A stretch of 63,264 bases of DNA, the filler included, from Octopus bimaculoides (taxonomy: Eukaryota), in NCBI RefSeq assembly GCF_001194135.2. It is 3 parts of 3 records of this genome, joined end to end, with 100 filler letters (N's around TTAATTAATTAA, not from the genome) between each part and the next. Parts side by side here need not be neighbours in the genome. Positions count along the whole stretch, not along the records: positions 1 to 20,459 come from NC_068999.1; positions 20,560 to 40,372 come from NC_068981.1; 1 more part is not named here. One strand, written 5' to 3'. The first letter of the stretch is position 1, and every line of letters begins with the position of its first letter. Both the position numbers and the translations under genes were made by a program. Below the pieces are notes generated by a model. It was given only the letters and a program-made list of their open reading frames with translations, did no database searches and had not been told where the DNA came from. This document shows positions 12,513-24,330 of this stretch, piece after piece.

Positions 12513-12830
12513 GGGCGTAGCTCAGTGGTTAGGGCATTCGGCATACAATCGTAAGGTCGTGAGTTCAATTCCCGGCGACGCGTTGTGTCCTTGAACAAGA
12601 CACTTTATTTCACGTTGCTCCAGTCCACTCAGCTGGCAAAAGTGAGTTGTACCAGTAATTCAAGGGGGTCAGCCTTGTCACATTCTGCGTCACGCTAAAT
12701 ATTCCTGAGAACTGCATTAAAAGTACACTGTCTTTGGAGTACTCAGCCACACGCGCGGTAATTTCACGAGCAAGCTGTTCCATTGATCGGATCAACTGGA
12801 ACACTCGTCGTCGAAACCGACGGAGTGCCA
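12513..12830 (+). mobile_element. tRNA-headed SINE family S3
   Basis: A box TAGCTCAGTGG, B box GAGTTCAATTCC, central TGTGTCCTTGAACAAGACACTT domain, tail ...CGACGGAGTGCC. Confidence 0.85.
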
Positions 12831-13007
12831 TGATATATGGTGATGGGGATGGAGATGGTGGTGGTGGTCATTGTGCCATGCTTATGATTACGGTGTAGGA
12901 TGTCCACTTACAATACAGTTCCTTTCCAGACTGATCGGCTTTGTCTCGTTTCGTTTGATGTATTTTCAACACTTTTTCAATAATTAATGAATAATAATGA
13001 ATAATAT

Positions 13008-13102
<95 letters not shown>

Positions 13103-13104
13103 CG

Positions 13105-13260
13105 AAATGCTGATGTAGGTCGAGCAACAACTCATCAGTGGCTGAGAAGTCCAGGACTGAAAGCAGAGACTGATGGTTTCATATATAAGTAATCCCAATA
13201 TTAAAAAGGCGTATCAAACATGCTGCGTAGAAATGGAAGACAATCATCTCTGTATGATAA
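13105..13260 (+). mobile_element. Dong/R4-type (RLE) non-LTR retrotransposon fragment, post-RT region
   Basis: THQWLRSPGLKAETDGFI resembles the WL...LK.ETEG.I motif of RLE-clade LINEs. Confidence 0.65.
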
Positions 13261-13609
13261 AGAAAAGATAATCGAAACCAACCTGAAACTGCTACTCCAA
13301 GGTTATACATTAAACCCCCTTCTTTTTTGCTTAACTCAAGCCCCGCTTATAAATCTCTTGAACCAAACCAGCTTTGGTTGCTCTGTGTAACACGATTTCT
13401 GTCCTTGGGTAGCAACTATTATTTCCTATTTACTTACCCTTAGAAAGTAGAAAATAAATCTGTTTCAAAACATCGATGTCCAGGTGACAAAAACAAAGTT
13501 TGAAGGGAACAGTAGTCACTTCCTTTGATTTCTAGATAGAACACTTACTGACCAAAGACAAAAACAAAAACAATTTGTTACACAGTGTTATAGTTGCCAC
13601 AGATAAACT

Positions 13610-13990
13610 ATAAATTATATCCTCTTCATGGATTTCATAAATATATTTACAAGAGATAACATTCACTTTGGAAACGTTATTAAAAATTTTAAATCGCTCA
13701 TTAATTCAACCAAGTCATAAGAATGAGTTGGAATTAGATAAAGCTGCGTATAAGATAATTAAAGCTGATACAAGATGATGACAGCAGCTATAAGATAATT
13801 AAAGCTGATATAAAATGATTAGAATTACTATAAGATAATTTTCGTAAACTGGGATTATTCAATTAGGCAAAGACACTCAAATTAGAGAATTAGACCAGAA
13901 GCACGCATATAAATACGCCGAAGTAGATGAAATTCATGAAATACAGCAAGGAAATGAAGAAGATTAAATAAGATACCTGCAGGAGAGTCA
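13610..13990 (+). mobile_element. Degenerate Dong/R4-type reverse transcriptase fragment
   Basis: Frameshifted INYILFMDF (FMDD motif), IRM...LDK.A, and IRELDQKHAYKY (YKYLG region). Confidence 0.55.
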
Positions 13991-14007
13991 AATTAAAGTT
14001 CTTTTTA

Positions 14008-14222
14008 ATTTGGCACAAGGCCAGCAATTTTGAGGAGATTGGGGAAATCGTTAACATCGACCCTCGACCCCAGTGCTCAGCTAATCATTATTTTATCAAC
14101 CCTAAATGAGGAAAGACGAAGTTGACTGTGATGGTATTTGAAATTCAGAACGTAAATAATTACAAGAAATGTCGCTAAGCATCTTGTTCGCCGCAATGAA
14201 GATTCTGCTCGGTCGCCGCCTT
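14008..14222 (-). mobile_element. SINE family S1
   Basis: Reverse-complement S1 consensus. Confidence 0.8.
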
Positions 14223-14503
14223 GAGTCAAACTACAATTTAAAACTGGATTCAATGCCTAGAAATAGGCGTAAAATCGACAGTCATCAAAATCGTAAACAA
14301 AGACATAATAAACTGGGCGAAAGAATCTGTTTTCTCTGATTCTCTGTACCATTTTCCAGTTACAGATGAACAGATGACTATCACTCTTTTGTTTATTTTT
14401 TGAAGGTAAATGAAATATCTAGAAGGTATTTGAAAAGTAACACTGCTGTTACTTCTCATTACTTTCTGCAGGGTAACAAGAAACTTGAAGTGAATTTTAC
14501 AAA

Positions 14504-14715
14504 ATGATATATATTCATTATTGCTACTTTTTCTCTTCTTTACAGCTGTAAGCTGCACTTCGAGACATGATATTAACATATTTAGAAATTCGGGAAGAGA
14601 GTCAGGTAGTCTACGAAAGAAAGAAGATAAGTAGCATCGATTTAACTTTCATCTGTTAGTCAAAACTCTATTGAGAGTATCATCGACAGATTTTAGTGCA
14701 GACAGTAAAGAATAA
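14504..14715 (+). pseudogene. Disabled secreted-peptide precursor ORF, copy 1
   Basis: ATG at 14504 downstream of a CTGCAG acceptor (ends 14471). Net 7-nt shortfall versus copy 2 gives a frameshift in the hydrophobic leader (LLLLFLFFTAVSC). In-frame TAG at 14632 aligns with CAG in copy 2. Confidence 0.55.
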
Positions 14716-14865
14716 CTTTACAAAGTAACTTAATTTAGTTTTGTATTTAAAGTCACCTCAATGCTATATCATTCACGAATGACTTGATGGCTTGCAGTGG
14801 TGAATTAAATTTATCTCGCGCTGGAGCCCCATTCAAGTAAAGTTTTGCTTCACATGTTCTGCAAA

Positions 14866-15018
14866 TCACTGCTTATCTTAGTGTACTTAAGATATCGACC
14901 CCGAAAGGATGAAAGGCAAAGTCGACCTCGGCGGAATTTGAACTCAAAATGTAACGGCAGACGAAATACCGCTAAGCATTTCGTCCAGCGTGCTAACGTT
15001 TCTGCCATCTCGCCGCCT
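14866..15018 (-). mobile_element. SINE family S1 (partial)
   Basis: Reverse-complement S1 head and body between the two duplicated ORFs. Confidence 0.85.
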
Positions 15019-15319
15019 TATTCATTATATATATATATAATGTTTCCGGTATAAATTAATATTACTAAAAAAATTACCGGTCCCTGACATATTGGAAAAA
15101 AAAAACTGCCGGTACGCCACATCAGATAGTTTGAAAAGCACTGTTGTAAACGACATTAGATGCAGAGGAGCGTCAGTTAGTTAAAAAAGCTCTGAGATTC
15201 TTCCAAATAAATGAAACATCTTCAGGATGTTCTGTAAAGAATCTACTGGTGTTTACTCCCAATTTTTTTTTTATTTTCATCTCCCGGCAAATAAAATTAC
15301 TTGAATTGAACACTACAAA

Positions 15320-15547
15320 ATAATTAATATCCATTATGCATTGTGGTTGCTTCTTGCATTAATTCCAGCTGAAAGTTCTACTTCAAGCCATAGGAATAAT
15401 TTCTGAGTAGAGCCAAGGTGTCTGGTCTTCCGAATACCAATAACGAGAGAAGATAAACAGCATCGATCTAACGTTCAAATGTTACTCAAAACCATGTTGA
15501 GAACGCCATCGACAGATTTTACAGTGTATAATAAAGCATGGCAGTAA
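15320..15547 (+). pseudogene. Disabled secreted-peptide precursor ORF, copy 2
   Basis: A single 75-codon frame: (ATA)INIHYALWLLLALIPAESSTSSHRNNF*VEPRCLVFRIPITREDKQHRSNVQMLLKTMLRTPSTDFTVYNKAWQ*. The only visible lesions are ATA at the position of copy 1's ATG and TGA at 15404. Confidence 0.6.
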
Positions 15548-16150
15548 TTGTTAAAACACTGCGTGTATGATTCTTATCTTCATTTTTATCTTTCCTTATT
15601 ATTTTATTTTATTTTTTTTCACTAAAAATGTTAGAATGCTACATGTTCAGTTTAAGTACAGAAGAAATAATGGTTTAGAACTGTAGCTAGCAGAGCAAAT
15701 TGTTGAAATGTTAACTGTTAGATGTTTAAAAGACATTAACCCTTAAACGTTGAGAATAGATAGCATAGTTCTTGCTTTGTAATTCAAACATGTAAATATC
15801 GTTGTGAAATTTAGTACTATTTTTTCCTTTCTTATGCTATCACTCTTCCCGGTGTCTTTCTTTACCTATGAAAAGTATGGCATTTCATATAATAAAAAGG
15901 CTTTTAACCTATTTCTATAGAACCAATTGATTTTTCCTTCTTTATACTGTAAGACAAATTCACATAATATTATCTAGAAGGAAGAGAAAGAATCAACTGT
16001 ATTTGTGACAGCTTAAGACCTACAGCAATCGAAAATGGTGACTTCTTTTTCATCGAGAAGTAATAGCAGAAGAGGAAGTGTATAATACAAGCTCAGCAGA
16101 GAAATCTTCGTCTAATGTATATATGAGTGTGTGTACGTATATAAATATAA

Positions 16151-16181
<31 letters not shown>

Positions 16182-16892
16182 TATANNNNNNNNNNNNNNN
16201 NNNNNNNNNNNNNNNNNNNNNNNNNNNNNNNNNNNNNNNNNNNNNNNNNNNNNNNNNNNNNNNNNNNNNNNNNNNNNNNNNNNNNNNNNNNNNNNNNNNN
16301 NNNNNNNNNNNNNNNNNNNNNNNNNNNNNNNNNNNNNNNNNNNNNNNNNNNNNNNNNNNNNNNNNNNNNNNNNNNNNNNNNNNNNNNNNNNNNNNNNNNN
16401 NNNNNNNNNNNNNNNNNNNNNNNNNNNNNNNNNNNNNNNNNNNNNNNNNNNNNNNNNNNNNNNNNNNNNNNNNNNNNNNNNNNNNNNNNNNNNNNNNNNN
16501 NNNNNNNNNNNNNNNNNNNNNNNNNNNNNNNNNNNNNNNNNNNNNNNNNNNNNNNNNNNNNNNNNNNNNNNNNNNNNNNNNNNNNNNNNNNNNNNNNNNN
16601 NNNNNNNNNNNNNNNNNNCACACATAAGTATACATGTATGAAGTTATGTATAAATACACGCACGTATATATATATACATGTATATGAAGGTATATGTAAT
16701 CCAAACATGTCAATGTCGTATGTATGTATGCATGTATATACCCATACGTTTGTATATATACATATTTGTCAGTATATGTGCTTATGTAAAATATAACATC
16801 TATATTTACAATCATAGTCATTCGCACAAATATATATAAATATGTGTGTGTACATGTGTGTGTACGTGTGTACGTGTGTACATCTATCTATC

Positions 16893-16927
<35 letters not shown>

Positions 16928-17689
16928 AAGTTTGTACAGAAGTGTATACTTACGTACAGACACATATGTACGTATGTATATAATTCATGAGAAATATATT
17001 TACGTTGTGTAGTTTTCACCAAATATCACTGCGAGCGCATCGTCTTCTTTATCGTGGTATTTCCTTTCCTTCTCAATAGGAGACACCATTCCATGTGAAG
17101 AATAGAAAACAGTCTTCGATAATAAACATGCAGATACAACAACATAAATGTATCTTTTTTTTTCTTTTTTCTTACTATTTGCTATATTGATGTAAGTTAT
17201 AGCCTCCAGCGTTATATTTGTGTGTGTGTGTGTGTGTGTGTGCGTGTGTGTGTGTGTGTGTACACATATGTTTTTCTAAATGTCTATGAGTGCATAGACA
17301 CTTTGAACAAACAACAAACACACACAAGCACATGTACACACTCATGTGCATGTGTATATATATATGGCTGAAGGTGAATATACATATGTACATACATACA
17401 TCACATACATACATACATATATATATATATTTATATTTATATATTCGAATATATATATATATATACATATATACTACCGCATGTGTGTCTAAGTGTATTT
17501 ATATATATATATATATACACACATACATGCATATACATGTGTGTGTATGTGCATGTGTGTGTATGTGCATGTGTGTGTGTGCGAGTATGCATGATAGTGT
17601 GTGATGGTGCATGTATATATCAGTTTCACAATTTGCGCACACTTAATTTCGTTATATGCTCTCTTATACACACGCACGCGCACCTTGGT

Positions 17690-17960
17690 TTTGGGATCAC
17701 CACTACTCTATTATCTCCCCTTCTTCCTAGCTCTCCTGTGTGTCCCCCTGTCCGGCATTCGCCATGATAGATCGCTAACCACTACACATTCTTCATTTTC
17801 TCTCCCTTTTCTTTCTGCGTTCCTTTCTGTGAAAGAGCGTAGGCTCGAAACATTAAAGACTTTTTCACTTCCCGAGCGTTAAACTAATACATCTGTTTGT
17901 TGTCTACACCACCTGTCTTCGTTGTTGGTTTTTTTTTTGGGGGGGGGGGACTCTCCCTAT
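17690..17960 (+). mobile_element. Hammerhead-bearing short repeat (family R)
   Basis: Degenerate motif at 17823-17858: CTTT-CTGTGAAA-GAGC-GTAG-GCTC-GAAA-CATT-AAAG. Homologous to 20570-20680 and 53720-54130. Confidence 0.65.
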
Positions 17961-18314
17961 ATATATTTCTGCCGATTAAAAATGATATTTCAAATTCCTT
18001 TCTGATGGTCTGAAGTTTTGTGGGGCTGGGACTAGTCGATTTCATCTACCCCAGTGCTTGACTTGTACCCATTTCGTAGATCCCAAAATGATGAAAGGCA
18101 AAGTGCCAGTTGTATACAACCCATAACTGCCAAATTGCCGATTACCGGTAAAAGATGAGTTGTTAACTAGTTGATTTTTTTTTTAATTATTGTGGTATAA
18201 ATTTTAGAGTTCTTCGTTGTTGTAAAACACACCAAAATTCATTAAAATATTAATTATAACATTTCTGTCTCTGTTGTCCTGTGAAGTTTTGTATCTCAGT
18301 TTAAGTGGATAACA

Positions 18315-18425
18315 ATGGACCGACCAAGGAGAGGCCAACCAGGGACAATATAGCGAGATGATTTCACACCCTATTCGGGGCCTACACGGCCACGGCAGGC
18401 CAGAGACAGACAACGATGGAAGGAG
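18315..18425 (+). mobile_element. RTE-like LINE 3' coding remnant
   Basis: Degenerate R.RG.P...WRDD...W...ARDRQRWK-like terminus. Confidence 0.45.
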
Positions 18426-19016
18426 ACCAAGGTGGAGTTCCTCTTTTAGGAGTGGTGAAACCCTGGATAAAGATGGATTAGGATATGGGTATCATGTGGT
18501 GAAGCGACCAGAGAATATTCTTTCCTGGGCTCAAACCTTGATGAGTTTGTATAGAAAAACATCAATGGTCCACACAGAAGTTCTCGCCTCTGTGTACGCC
18601 AGCGTTGTTGTCCATGAGAAGATCAAGGGCTGCTAGAGCTTGGCACCAGTGGCGGCACTTTAGTTGTCAGAATTAAGTTGAAAATGGCGTCGTACTACTA
18701 CGTCTTCAGATTCCAGCTCTGGATTTCTTAATTAAATCAACCAAAAGACATGATTGATGCTGGAACTTCAATTAGACATTAATAAAAAAGATATCTGCCA
18801 AAGATTATAAAATTATCTGTTCAAAAACCTTCATTAGAATCCATTTGAACAAAATTACTGAAGGTTCAATAATTTTATTATAAAGGTTTAAAGCAATATT
18901 ACTAGTCAGACGTCCAACGGAATTTAGTGAGGAAATTTATAAAATAAATTAATAAATGTAGCAAACAATAAGAGAATAACAAAGCAAAACATGGCATTAC
19001 TAAATACAAAGAAAAA

Positions 19017-19024
<8 letters not shown>

Positions 19025-19047
<23 letters not shown>

Positions 19048-19240
19048 GTTCAGTAGTTTTATTTTTATAACGTGCTTTCACTTCACTACCGAGCGCAGCC
19101 CTGTGTGCCTTGGGTATGTGCTGTGGTTTGCTGTGATGCTCTTATGGTTACTGTATTGAAAGTGTTTTGCGTAGGATGTGTTCAGTGCCCAGTAGTGCAA
19201 TTTTCTGTATGATACTCAATGATGAAACAAGGCAGAATGG
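19025..19240 (-). mobile_element. 3' end of Dong/R4-type LINE with (AAT)n tail
   Basis: The minus strand encodes SIIQKIALLGTEHILRKTLSIQ*, followed by a UTR and an AAT tail. Confidence 0.75.
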
Positions 19241-19878
19241 TGCTATGATTGTTCCCGTTGTTTATATATACATATTGCATACTGAACACAGAAAATAACC
19301 AAAACATCTTCACCTCATTCTACGAAGATGTCACACTAACATGCCAGTGTCAAAATCTTCACGCTTCTCGGTTTTTGGCTGTTCACAATTTATCTTCGTT
19401 GATTTCTCTTCTGTTTGACGTTTCTATTTTTTTAATGTNNNNNNNNNNNNNNNNNNNNNNNNNNNNNNNNNNNNNNNNNNNNNNNNNNNNNNNNNNNNNN
19501 NNNNNNNNNNNNNNNNNNNNNNNNNNNNNNNNNNNNNNNNNNNNNNNNNNNNCAATTTATCTTCGTTGATTTCTCTTCTGTTTGACGTTTCTATTTTTTT
19601 AATGTTGTATTTTTAGTACAGCATACTCTTAGTCTTTTTTTATTATTCCAGCCTTGTTATGTTTTTGTTTTTTTATTTTCACTTCGTTTATGTTGTTTGC
19701 GAGCAGTTTGCAAAATTAAAATACAAGTAATAGATTGTCTCCGTCAAACACACAACTTGTTGTCGTTTCTGACATTTTCGAATAAAGATGGAGTAAGAGG
19801 GATGACGTGAGTTGAAGTGGGAGAAGTCAACGTCCAGCAATTGTTTGTAAGACACTGTAATGGAAATGTGAGTGCGCG

Positions 19879-19909
<31 letters not shown>

Positions 19910-20082
19910 ATTAGAGTGTGGGTATGTGTATGTATGTATGTATGTATGAGTGCATATATGTTTGTACATATATTGTGGGTATGCTTCTGTGTTTATGTGT
20001 ATAAAACCAATATACGTTTGTGTGTGTATGTATATCCATCTATCTATCTCTCTTTCTCTCTCTATATATATATGTGTGTGTA

Positions 20083-20160
<78 letters not shown>

Positions 20161-20413
20161 CATACATACACACATATGTATGTGTATATGTATGTATATG
20201 TATAAACAATATAATCATATATACATATACATACACACTTAGCCCAGGCCATGTCTGATTTAATGGCACCACCTGGAAGAGATACAGTCAGCTCTGGGGA
20301 ACCGTAGCCCATTCAAGCAAAGAGTTATTATTTTCAGAGATATATCTAGGTGTGGGTCATTCGTCTGGTATTTGTTCGTGGTGATCATCTACGGACCATT
20401 TGAATGCCGTGAA

Positions 20414-20459
<46 letters not shown>

Positions 20460-20559
20460 NNNNNNNNNNNNNNNNNNNNNNNNNNNNNNNNNNNNNNNNN
20501 NNNTTAATTAATTAANNNNNNNNNNNNNNNNNNNNNNNNNNNNNNNNNNNNNNNNNNNN
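20460..20559. other. Artificial 100-bp assembly spacer (44 N + TTAATTAATTAA + 44 N)
   Basis: Palindromic six-frame stop linker at 20504-20515; identical construct at 40373-40472. Confidence 0.95.
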
Positions 20560-20569
20560 ATCTTATATA

Positions 20570-20680
20570 TATCACCACTACTTTATTATCTCCTTTTCTT
20601 CCTAGCTCACCTGTGTGTCTCCTCTGTTCGGCATTAACCATGATAGATCACTAGCCACTAAACCTTTTTTACTTTCCCTA
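20570..20680 (+). mobile_element. Truncated family R copy lacking the hammerhead
   Basis: ATCACCACTACT...CTTCCTAGCTC...CATGATAGATC matches 17697-17790. Confidence 0.7.
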
Positions 20681-20749
20681 TATATCGTCGGTAAGTTATA
20701 GAGCAAAAGAGTATATAGATAAAGGTAGATATGGCTGGTCTATCATGTG

Positions 20750-20796
<47 letters not shown>

Positions 20797-21857
20797 AGAT
20801 AGATACATGGATAACACTCATATATGCATTTATGGATATATGTACTTTTTAATTATTTTTAATCGGTAAAAAGTCCTGGAAGTGATTCAAGTGCAGAGAG
20901 TTTCGTTCATCACTTTTATTAAACATGTTTGAGTTACTTTTCTAACTCTCTACACATTAAAAATAATAGAAAAGTGTACACGTGAACTGGATTCAATTTC
21001 TCCCGTTTGTTCTAACCAAACGTGTACACAACATAACGTGCACTCACACACAAATGCGCACGCGTACACCAAGAGGTTCTGGGATTTAGTTACCTTAATA
21101 TGTAGTCACACGCGATTGCATGTATAAACGATAAAAGATTGCACCCATTATATATGTATCTATGAATATATGAATAAATACTCACATTGAAAGAAGAACA
21201 AAACAAAAACGCTTGATTTCACGCATAACTTCATAGAGTTAAATTGTTTAATGTCTATCAAAACAATATTAAAATGCAATCTCTATCTATCAGTGTGTTT
21301 AAAATCCCCGGTACAACTCTTCTGTTAACTGGACTGGATCGTTGCTTCTGGGAGCAGTTTAAATACTTGATGAAGGTGGGTGGGTTTAATAAATGTTTAC
21401 TTATACTTTTACATGGAGATAATAAAATAATAAAAACAGGTTTTGAATTCAATCCTGAATTATATATTGGTTTAGTCGAGTAAAAATTAGAACAATAGAT
21501 ACGTAAATTTAGAAACAAAAGCCTGCTTATCGATTGGTGGATTAGCAGGAATGTTAGCACATCAAACGAAATGAGTTGTGGCATTTAGTTGTCGTTCTTT
21601 ACAGTCGGATCTCAAATCTCGGCGGGAATCTTTGTGGTATTTCGTTGCGGTCATTTACAGTCTGAGCTCAGATCCCAGCGGGAATCTAAATGTCTTTCCA
21701 TTTTGCAAGGTTGATAGAGAGCCAGCAATATACTAAGGTCGATTATGTTCGACTGCTTCCCACCCTCACATGCATAAGAAATGAAAATTAATGTTTTGAC
21801 ATCGTCATGCATATGGTTTGTATCATCATCTTTATTAGTATTTAAGACTTTATTAAA

Positions 21858-22290
21858 GCGGTAAGTGAGCAGAAATGTCAGCACACCGCACGAAATGCTT
21901 AGTGGTATTTCACCTGTATTTACGTTCTGAGTTCAAATTCAGCCAAGGTCGACTTTGCCTTACATCCTTTCTGGGTCGTTAAAATAAATACCAGTTGGGC
22001 GTTGGGAGTGATGTAATTGACTTACTCCCTCCCTCGAACTTGCTAGTTTTGTTCCAAAATTTTAAACCAATATTTAAGATTTTATTAAAGCGGCGAGTGG
22101 GCAGAACCGCTGGCACGCCGAACGACATGCTTAGCGGCATTCCTTCTAAATCTTTACGTTCTGAATTCAAATTCCACCATGATCAACTTTGCTTTCATCC
22201 TTTTGAGGTCGATGAAACTGAAGACTACAGTCATTGCAATCGATTTGCTTCTCTCCACTAGATTGCTGGCCTTGTACCCAAATTTGAAAG
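21858..22290 (+). mobile_element. Two tandem S1 SINEs
   Basis: Heads at about 21858 and 22088, each with a GTTCAAATTC-type B box. Confidence 0.8.
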
Positions 22291-22499
22291 AATATCTATG
22301 ATTTTATTAATTACATATACGAGGTTGAGTCAGAAAGTAATGCTAAAAAGAGCACTCAGAGAGCGCAAACTTGTGCCAAGGAAACACCAACGTCTTTGTT
22401 TGTTTAATTAGGCATAAGGCCTCAATAGAGAAGGGACAACACAAGAACAGACAAAACAATACAATGGGGTACATAAAAACACATATCGAATGAATTATG

Positions 22500-23345
22500 G
22501 ATATAATGAAAAATGAGGATGGAATGGCTTACCTACTCCCCCGTAAGCAGGTAGTTCCATTTTACTGTTTTTAAATGAACAGTTCAATATCAGTCTTGTA
22601 TCTGTTGATTTCCTTTTTTAAAATTCACACAAAGACACTATTTATAACATATACTCCATTAAATCTTCGAAGGCCACCACCGGCGGCAATTCATCGTAAC
22701 AAATCTGTATCCCTGTCATTTCTATTCTTTCACCAAACAACTCCTTCAATCTATTTCCTCTTTCTTTTTCCAGCAAAACAGCTTTCAAACCTCCATTATT
22801 CTTTTTGGCCGCTAATTTCACTCTGATAACGTTCTTCATCTTGACAATCTTTTTCTCTATCTCTACACTTATTCTGTATTGCACCATTGTTCTCAGGCTC
22901 CTCCCTTTTGGTGTCACTTTCCTTCTCTCCTCACCAATCTCCTCCTCTGCCGCTAGCATTTCTATCTCTGTTTGTCTCTCATTCTGTGTTGCTATCATCT
23001 TCCTTTCCTTTTCCCTTCTCTTCTGTACTCTTTCCTCCTTGCTAGTTGATGGTCTCTGCGTTCGTTCCTCACTTTTGTTGTCTTTTCATTTTTTCTCTTC
23101 TCATTCGTATTCTCTTGTTTTCAATCTGCTTCTACTCTCCACTTGCCTTTCTTTTCTTCCTCGAACTTTTTGGAGGTGAGCCTGTATTACTCTTCTTCCT
23201 TTTTACCACTGTATATTGTGATCTGAGGGAATTTGGTTGCTATTTGTACCACATCGATATATCAAATCAACCGGGCATGTGCAGCCTTTTTCGAAGAGCA
23301 GGCCGCATGAGACATGTCTTGTCATCAGGCCGACCGCACTACTAA
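22500..23345 (-). mobile_element. Probable 5' end and degenerate ORF1 of a non-LTR retrotransposon
   Basis: K/E/R-rich stretch followed by an RRM-like segment (IQICYDELPPVVAFEDLMEYML) continuing through stops; GC-richer leader upstream. Confidence 0.4.
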
Positions 23346-24070
23346 AAATATTCAAGATAATTTTCCGTTAGGCGTACCATTCAGAAAGTCTTGCGGGCCG
23401 CACTTAGCCCATGACTGACATAGAGGCTCACTCGTTGGCTCCTTGGTCAATATGGCAATATCTATTTCGTCCTCCAATTTGATTTGTTAGATATTTTTCT
23501 TTCACTGTTTCAGATGGAAAAAGAGATAGGAGCATAATGTTTTAAAGTGAAGAAACACTAGAAAAAAATTGTTTCCTTTCCCTTACACCACTAATAACAT
23601 AGACAGAAAATCAAACTTTACATTAACCTCATATTCACATTTCCATTCTTCTATGAATTTGCGAATTTACTTAAAAAAAAAATCTGGGAGTTTACTATAA
23701 ATTCAAGAATTGAAGTGAATATAAAATTCATATTCTTTCTTCCATAATAATCATCTAAAAACAAGATCATGGTCTGTGACTAGAAATATGAATTTCTAAT
23801 ATTTGCTTACAATTTTTAACATACTGACGTCCAGGGTCTCTGTATGCTCCTGAAAGTCAGTTTTCAAAAAAAAAAAAAACACGTCTGATAAACAGTAATC
23901 ATACTTCTTCACCGTTTGGGAAGCATTGAAGATTTCGCAGCATCAGCGCATGCTAGTCCTCAACGCGACGGGTGTTGACAAAAAATGGAGCGCATGACTA
24001 GTGGAACGCATTCCTCAAACTAAAGAGCAAGAACTCTCTGCAGCCCAGTCATACGTGAAATGGCGTATGT

Positions 24071-24133
24071 CACGACGGTCATGACCTTTCCACGACGGTC
24101 ATGACCTTTCCACGACGGTCATGACCTTTCCAC
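24071..24133. repeat. Perfect 20-bp tandem repeat x3 containing palindrome GGTCATGACC
   Basis: CACGACGGTCATGACCTTTC occurs three times exactly. Confidence 0.95.
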
Positions 24134-24139
24134 CAACTC

Positions 24140-24330
24140 TGCATGATCTTTCAGGGATAGATTTCTCTCGGTCCATTTCTAGATAAAACTAGTCAACTTA
24201 CTAGTCACCTCGTCCTAATTCGTCTCCACCTGGAGATGTAGACCAAACCATATTCCAAGCAGTTTAACCAGTCCGTTTATCTAGCACCCCTCGATGTTGC
24301 TGGAAGTCCTCTCCTCGTCCCAAGATGCAA
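24140..24330 (-). mobile_element. Tx1/L1-like RT C-terminal remnant
   Basis: VKLLGIWFGLHLQVETN*DEVTSKLTSFI*KWTER resembles the L1/Tx1 LG.WFG...NW..V..K...W..R motif. Confidence 0.5.

Noticed and set aside
15930-16130. Possible third copy of the secreted-peptide pseudogene (EKSSSNVYM versus EDKQHRSNVQM)
   Set aside because: Similarity is limited to a few short words and is truncated by a microsatellite and gap.
23270-23335. Minus-strand CTGATGA...CGAAA hammerhead-like motif upstream of the LINE ORF1
   Set aside because: The stem II closing pair is C-C, there is no helix III or cleavage triplet, and a competing hairpin exists.
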